Source: an uncultured Oscillospiraceae bacterium (GTDB lineage Bacteria; Bacillota; Clostridia; Oscillospirales; Ruminococcaceae). Taken from it: a DNA stretch of 64,000 bases. The stretch is taken from positions 5,671 to 69,670 of the forward strand of contig CABSJT010000001.1 of assembly GCA_902478145.1 (NCBI GenBank), read 5' to 3'. The notes below the pieces were generated by a model, which worked only from the letters and a program-made list of their open reading frames with translations, did no database searches and was not told where the DNA came from. A program made the translations under genes and the position numbers. Below are positions 59,136 through 64,000 of this stretch, piece after piece (within the stretch, counting starts at the first letter, position 1; every line of letters starts with the position of its first letter).

Positions 59136-60181
59136 TGAAGCTTGAAGAAGACCGACTCAGCGCTGATATACGCGCGGGGCGCATTGAACGCGTATATTTT
59201 CTCTACGGAAAGGAACCGTTCCTTGTAAAAACATATGTTGACCGTCTGATAAAAAAGACTGTCGGAGAAGACGCTTTGGATTTTAACTTGGTGCGAATAA
59301 GCGGAAACCCCGATATGGATATGCTTTCGGATCATGTTGACGGATTGCCTGTTTTTGCGGATATGAAGCTGATTTCCGTGAACGACATTGACCCTGAAAA
59401 AATTGAAAAGGAAGCGTTTGAACGGCTGCTTTCGATTATTGCGGACGTTCCCGAAACTACGATCCTGCTGTTCAATAATACGGGCGTGTCTCCCGACGAA
59501 AGAAAGTCGCAGACCAAAAAATTCATTGCGGCAGTTGAAAAAGCGGGCGTTGTATGTAAAATGGATGCAATGCCACAGCCGAAAATCGCGGAGCTTGTAA
59601 TAAAAAAAGCGGCAAAACAGGGCGTTGTGATTTCCCGCGAGGACGCTTTGTACCTCACAGAAAGGGTTCTTTGCAGCCTAAATCTCGTAAGCGAGGAAAC
59701 GGCAAAACTGATAAGCTATGTCGGAAAAGGCGGAGTTATAACGCGCGGCATGATAGATTCACTTGTAGCAAAGCAGCTTGACACAAGCGTGTACGAGCTT
59801 GCCACGGCGATAAATTCGGGAAAACGCGAGCAGGCGTTCGGAATTGTTTCCGACCTTATCTTTCAGAGAGTCGAGCCTGTTGTTATTTTATCGGCGCTTT
59901 CCGGAACATATCTTGATTTTTATAGGGCAAAAATTGCGAAAATGACAGGCGTTCTGCCAAATCAGGCTGCGGAAGAATTTTCATATGCGAAAAATCGCGT
60001 ATGGGTTCTCTCAAAGGCCATGAACGCCGTTTCAAAGCTGCGCGTAGGTTATCTTAGGAAAACCCTCGAAATTCTGAATGAAGCTGATATAATGATGAAA
60101 TCTTCCCCGATAGACAGCCGAACTGTAATTGAACAGGCAATAACAAAGCTATTTATTGCGCAGCGGGAGAAAAGTGCATGA
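59135..60181 (+). CDS. holA: DNA polymerase III delta subunit
   Basis: The HolA-like N-terminus (YFLYGKEPFL) and its position immediately after comEC match the conserved Firmicute comEC-holA synteny. Confidence 0.8.
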   Translation: MKLEEDRLSADIRAGRIERVYFLYGKEPFLVKTYVDRLIKKTVGEDALDFNLVRISGNPDMDMLSDHVDGLPVFADMKLISVNDIDPEKIEKEAFERLLSIIADVPETTILLFNNTGVSPDERKSQTKKFIAAVEKAGVVCKMDAMPQPKIAELVIKKAAKQGVVISREDALYLTERVLCSLNLVSEETAKLISYVGKGGVITRGMIDSLVAKQLDTSVYELATAINSGKREQAFGIVSDLIFQRVEPVVILSALSGTYLDFYRAKIAKMTGVLPNQAAEEFSYAKNRVWVLSKAMNAVSKLRVGYLRKTLEILNEADIMMKSSPIDSRTVIEQAITKLFIAQREKSA

Positions 60182-60762
60182 TTCATGTAAAACAGCCAAT
60201 AATTGTTGAGGGAAAATACGACCGCATAAAACTCGGGTCAGTCGTTGACGCACTTATTATTACAACCGACGGTTTCGGAATATATAAGGACAAGGAAAAA
60301 ATGGCGCTGATACGCGCGTTCGCCGAAAAAGACGGAATAATTGTCCTGACAGACAGCGACAGTGCGGGATTTCAGATTCGAAGTCATATAAAAAGCTGCA
60401 TAAAAAACGGAAAAATATACAATATATATATACCCGATATTTTCGGAAAGGAACGGCGAAAAGAGAAGCCTTCCAAAGAAGGAAAACTTGGAGTTGAGGG
60501 AATGGATACCGCCGTTCTTGAAGAAGCTTTTAAAAAGGCGGGAATTTCTTCAGAAGAACAGCCGACTACAGAATGGCTTAACCGAGCCGATTTATTGTCA
60601 GACGGACTTATGGGTGGGCAGGGCAGCGCACAGCTTAGAAAAAAGCTGTTTGAAGCGTTGGCGCTTCCTGAACATCTCAGCACGTCAGGTCTGCTAGAAG
60701 TTCTGAACAGGCTTTATACAAGGGAACAATATGAAAATGTACTGAAAAAGGTAAAGGAATAG
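60178..60762 (+). CDS. rnmV: ribonuclease M5 (Toprim domain 5S rRNA maturase)
   Basis: Toprim motifs are present (IIVEGKYD...VLTDSDSAG). Confidence 0.7.
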   Translation: MIHVKQPIIVEGKYDRIKLGSVVDALIITTDGFGIYKDKEKMALIRAFAEKDGIIVLTDSDSAGFQIRSHIKSCIKNGKIYNIYIPDIFGKERRKEKPSKEGKLGVEGMDTAVLEEAFKKAGISSEEQPTTEWLNRADLLSDGLMGGQGSAQLRKKLFEALALPEHLSTSGLLEVLNRLYTREQYENVLKKVKE

Positions 60763-60767
60763 CAATT

Positions 60768-62171
60768 ATGGTTTTTTCAAGTCTGTTTTTTTTGTTTTTG
60801 TTTTTGGTTATTGCACTGCTGCTGTATTACACAGTGCCGCTTAAACTGAAAAACTTTATAATTCTTATCTGCGGCCTTGTTTTTTACGCATGGGGCGAGC
60901 CGAAATATGTGGTTGTAATGATTATTTCAACGCTTATCGACTACACAGCGGGATTGCTCATTGATAAATTCAACGACAATAAAGCAGTGAAAAAAATATG
61001 CCTTATCGTATCGCTTGTAATGAATTTATCGCTTCTTGCAGTATTCAAGTACAGCGGCTTCTTCGTTGAAAATGTCAACAACATTTTTGGACCCGTTCTT
61101 AACAACCCGAATCTTCCGCTTCCTATCGGAATAAGCTTCTTCACGTTCCAGTCGATGTCCTATACGATTGATATGTACCTCGGAAACGTAAAGGTGCAGA
61201 AAAATCCGATTGCTTTTGCGGCGTTTGTTACGCTTTTCCCACAGATTGTTGCAGGACCTATCGTAAGATATAACGATATTGCAGCCGAGCTTGAATGCCG
61301 AAAGATAAATCTTGACATGATCTATGACGGCATAGTGCGGTTCATTACCGGTATGGGCAAAAAGGTGCTTATTGCCAACGGCGTCGGACAGCTCTGGAAC
61401 GCAGCTTTTGCTGTCGGAACTTCCGAAATGTCGGCGCTTACGGCGTGGCTTGGAATTATCGGCTATACTCTGCAAATTTATTTTGACTTCTCGGGTTATT
61501 CGGATATGGCAATAGGGCTTGGAAAGATGATGGGATTTAATTTCCCTGAAAACTTCAACTACCCTTATCTTTCAAAAAGCGTTAGTGAATTTTGGCGGCG
61601 CTGGCATATAACTCTCGGCGACTGGTTTAAAAGCTACGTTTACTTTCCTCTGGGCGGAAACCGCAAGGGCATGAAGCGTACAATTTTTAACCTTGCCGTT
61701 GTGTGGTTTCTGACGGGCGTGTGGCACGGAGCAAGCTGGAATTTCATACTCTGGGGTTCGCTGTATGGCGTATTTATAATAATCGAAAAGCTCTTTTTGG
61801 GGAATATTCTCAAAAAGCTGCCGTCAGCGATAAGCTGGCTGTATACAATTCTTCTCGTGGTACTCGGTTGGGTGCTGTTTGTAACTCCTGATATAAGCAC
61901 GGCGTTTTCTTATATGGGAGCAATGTTCGGAGCAAACGGGGTATTCTGCGATGATACGGCGCTTTATCTGCTGCTTAATTACGGTATATTGCTGGTTGTT
62001 GGCATATTTGCTTCTACCGACGCATGGAAAATTATCGTGGAAAGGCTTACGAAGCGAATACCGACAATAATGCATTACGCAACGCCTTTTGTTAAAACAG
62101 CGGTATTTGTGCTTTGCATTGCATATCTTGCCGACGCAACGTACAACCCGTTCCTGTACTTTAATTTCTGA
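60768..62171 (+). CDS. MBOAT-family membrane-bound O-acyltransferase (AlgI/DltB/PatA-like)
   Basis: A multi-TM protein with the MBOAT His region (FWRRWHITLGDW) and FSGYSDMAIG. Confidence 0.85.
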   Translation: MVFSSLFFLFLFLVIALLLYYTVPLKLKNFIILICGLVFYAWGEPKYVVVMIISTLIDYTAGLLIDKFNDNKAVKKICLIVSLVMNLSLLAVFKYSGFFVENVNNIFGPVLNNPNLPLPIGISFFTFQSMSYTIDMYLGNVKVQKNPIAFAAFVTLFPQIVAGPIVRYNDIAAELECRKINLDMIYDGIVRFITGMGKKVLIANGVGQLWNAAFAVGTSEMSALTAWLGIIGYTLQIYFDFSGYSDMAIGLGKMMGFNFPENFNYPYLSKSVSEFWRRWHITLGDWFKSYVYFPLGGNRKGMKRTIFNLAVVWFLTGVWHGASWNFILWGSLYGVFIIIEKLFLGNILKKLPSAISWLYTILLVVLGWVLFVTPDISTAFSYMGAMFGANGVFCDDTALYLLLNYGILLVVGIFASTDAWKIIVERLTKRIPTIMHYATPFVKTAVFVLCIAYLADATYNPFLYFNF

Positions 62172-62219
62172 TATTTTGTTCATTATTGCTGATGCAATGA
62201 ACAGAAAGGTGCATACGAG

Positions 62220-63368
62220 ATGAAAGACAAGCTCTATAAATATATTATGATAGCTGCTTTCGGGCTGATTTTGACTGCTGTTCCGATTCTTACGTTCATA
62301 AATCTTCCAAAAGAGAACAGACCGTATTCCGAAAATGAAAACCGTTATCTTGCTGGATTTCCGCAGATCTCATTTGAAAATTATCTTAATAAAAAGGCGA
62401 TGAATGGCTTTGAAGAGTGGTTTTCAGACCGCATTTATGGCAGAGAAAGCTGGATAAAGCTGAAAAACGGAACAGAGCGCTTTATCGGAAAGGTAGAGAT
62501 TAACGGCGTTTATACCGTCGGAAATCAGATGATGCAGGTCTGGACAGGTTATGACAAGGAGTTTATTGATTCGTCGATCTCTGCAATAAATACGTTTACC
62601 GAAAGACATTCTGATGTTCCTGTTTTCTTTATGCTGGCTCCGACCTCGCAGGAGATTTACGCCGATCTTTTACCAAAAACCGCCCCGATAGGAAGTCAGG
62701 CGGAAATGAAGGATTACTGCCGCGAAAATCTGAAATGCAGCACGATAGACATTTTCTCACTGCTCAAAAGCAATTCCGATAGCTATATCTATTATCGCAC
62801 CGATCATCACTGGACATCATATGGTGCGTATATTGCGTATACTGAGGCGGCAAAAGCGCTCGGATTTCAGTCGGAACCGCTGTCGTCGTTCGACATTGAA
62901 CACGCAAGCAGCAGCTTCCGCGGCACTCTTTACTCCAAAACGCTTGACGACTCTGTAACGCCTGATGTTATTGATTATTACCATTTTAACGGCGGCAAGA
63001 ACGAGCCTACTCTTACCGTAAATACAGGTACGGAAGAGGTCAATTACGATTCGCTCTATCTGCGGGATTATTTGAGTGTAAAGGACAAGTACAGTTCGTT
63101 TATGGGCTCAAACTCGCCCATGATGACCGTTATTTCGGGAGATAATCCAAACGGACCGTCGCTGCTTGTTTTTAAGGATAGTTATGCGCATTGCATGATA
63201 CCGTTTCTTGCAAATCACTACAGCAAAATTACTGTTCTAGATTTACGTTATATAAATGCAGGTTACAGCACGTTAGTTGATGTAAATGAATACGACAGCG
63301 TACTTTTCCTGTACAACGCTATCACTTTTTCTGAGGACAGCAGCTTGCGTAAGCTTAACCGCGGCTGA
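62220..63368 (+). CDS. DHHW-family extracytoplasmic protein (AlgX/AlgJ/PatB-like SGNH-type O-acetyltransferase partner of MBOAT)
   Basis: An N-terminal signal-anchor and the DHHW motif (YYRTDHHWTSYGAY) are present. Confidence 0.75.
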   Translation: MKDKLYKYIMIAAFGLILTAVPILTFINLPKENRPYSENENRYLAGFPQISFENYLNKKAMNGFEEWFSDRIYGRESWIKLKNGTERFIGKVEINGVYTVGNQMMQVWTGYDKEFIDSSISAINTFTERHSDVPVFFMLAPTSQEIYADLLPKTAPIGSQAEMKDYCRENLKCSTIDIFSLLKSNSDSYIYYRTDHHWTSYGAYIAYTEAAKALGFQSEPLSSFDIEHASSSFRGTLYSKTLDDSVTPDVIDYYHFNGGKNEPTLTVNTGTEEVNYDSLYLRDYLSVKDKYSSFMGSNSPMMTVISGDNPNGPSLLVFKDSYAHCMIPFLANHYSKITVLDLRYINAGYSTLVDVNEYDSVLFLYNAITFSEDSSLRKLNRG

Positions 63369-63442
63369 GCCGCCTTGACATTTTTGCTGTCAGGGTGTAT
63401 AATATCAGATAACACCAAGAAAAATGAAAGGAGTGCATTTTC

Positions 63443-64000
63443 ATGAGTGAATGTACCCACAATTGTGAAACCTGCGGTTCAAACTGTTCGGAAAGAACGG
63501 CTGAAAGCCTTCTCGCGCCGCAGAACGAACTGTCGAATGTAAAAAAGGTTATCGCTGTAGTATCGGGCAAGGGCGGCGTAGGCAAATCGCTTGTTACGTC
63601 CATGCTTGCCGTTTTATCGAAGCGTAGTGGGCATAAAACCGCTATTCTTGACGCCGACGTTACAGGTCCGTCGATTCCGAGAGAGTTCGGACTGAAAGAA
63701 CGTGCAACGGGCGATGAAAAAAATCTTTATCCCGTTAAGACAAAAGACGGAATTGAAGTTATGTCCGTTAATCTGCTGCTTGAAAATGAAACAGACCCCG
63801 TCGTTTGGCGTGGACCTGTTATTGCAGGAGTTATCAAACAGTTCTGGTCGGATGTAGTATGGAATGATGTAGATTTTATGTTTGTGGATATGCCTCCCGG
63901 AACCGGCGATGTTCCGCTTACTGTATTCCAGTCGCTTCCCGTGAGCGGAATCGTTGTTGTAACAAGCCCGCAGGAGCTGGTTTCCATGATTGTCGAAAAG
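63443..64000 (+). CDS. Mrp/NBP35/ApbC-family ATP-binding Fe-S cluster carrier protein, N-terminal part (continues past window end)
   Basis: An N-terminal CxxC-rich stretch (ECTHNCETCGSNC), a deviant Walker A (VSGKGGVGKS), and GPSIP are present. It is not in the ORF track because it has no stop within the window. Confidence 0.85.
   Translation, partial: MSECTHNCETCGSNCSERTAESLLAPQNELSNVKKVIAVVSGKGGVGKSLVTSMLAVLSKRSGHKTAILDADVTGPSIPREFGLKERATGDEKNLYPVKTKDGIEVMSVNLLLENETDPVVWRGPVIAGVIKQFWSDVVWNDVDFMFVDMPPGTGDVPLTVFQSLPVSGIVVVTSPQELVSMIVEK

Overview
This is a chromosomal segment from a low-to-mid-GC, Gram-positive anaerobe (Clostridia-like; [FeFe]-hydrogenase, Rex, Hdr/Nfn genes, strong AGGAGG ribosome-binding sites). 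It is mostly housekeeping: purA (N-terminal part), a complete arginine biosynthesis cluster (argG, argH, GNAT, argCJBDF) on the minus strand with an ARG-box-like operator, aconitase and eukaryote-type NADP-IDH, a two-component system, alaS, holA, comEC, rnmV, azlCD, and an MBOAT/DHHW O-acetylation pair. Two tRNA-Ser genes sit beside a small repeat-flanked insert. The most unusual part is a same-strand gene block of about 14.6 kb (24.8-39.4 kb), about 16.4 kb (to 41.2 kb) if the downstream ferredoxin and [FeFe]-hydrogenase are included. Its order is nfnAB, LDH/MDH-family dehydrogenase, class II fumarase, hdrB-hdrC-hdrA, an MvhD/FlxD-like gene, three FlxC/B/A-like Fe-S and flavoprotein genes, then a soluble FrdB/FrdA-like fumarate reductase pair with no membrane-anchor genes. 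A second Rex paralog follows, then a thioredoxin-like [2Fe-2S] ferredoxin and a monomeric [FeFe]-hydrogenase. I read this as a candidate cytoplasmic, Hdr/Flx-linked (possibly flavin-based electron-bifurcating) fumarate reductase and reductive-TCA branch under Rex control; I do not know of it being biochemically described. Other points worth a second look are a large GHL10 (Cwp19-like) plus Amidase_3 fusion autolysin with a paralogous GHL10 lipoprotein, a decayed surface-protein locus (two N-terminally truncated fragments head to head, with a frameshift and an in-frame TGA), a strong promoter-plus-terminator unit of about 174 nt with no ORF (candidate sRNA), and a TraX-family gene wedged between acn and icd. 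No transposase or integrase genes and no CRISPR array were seen.
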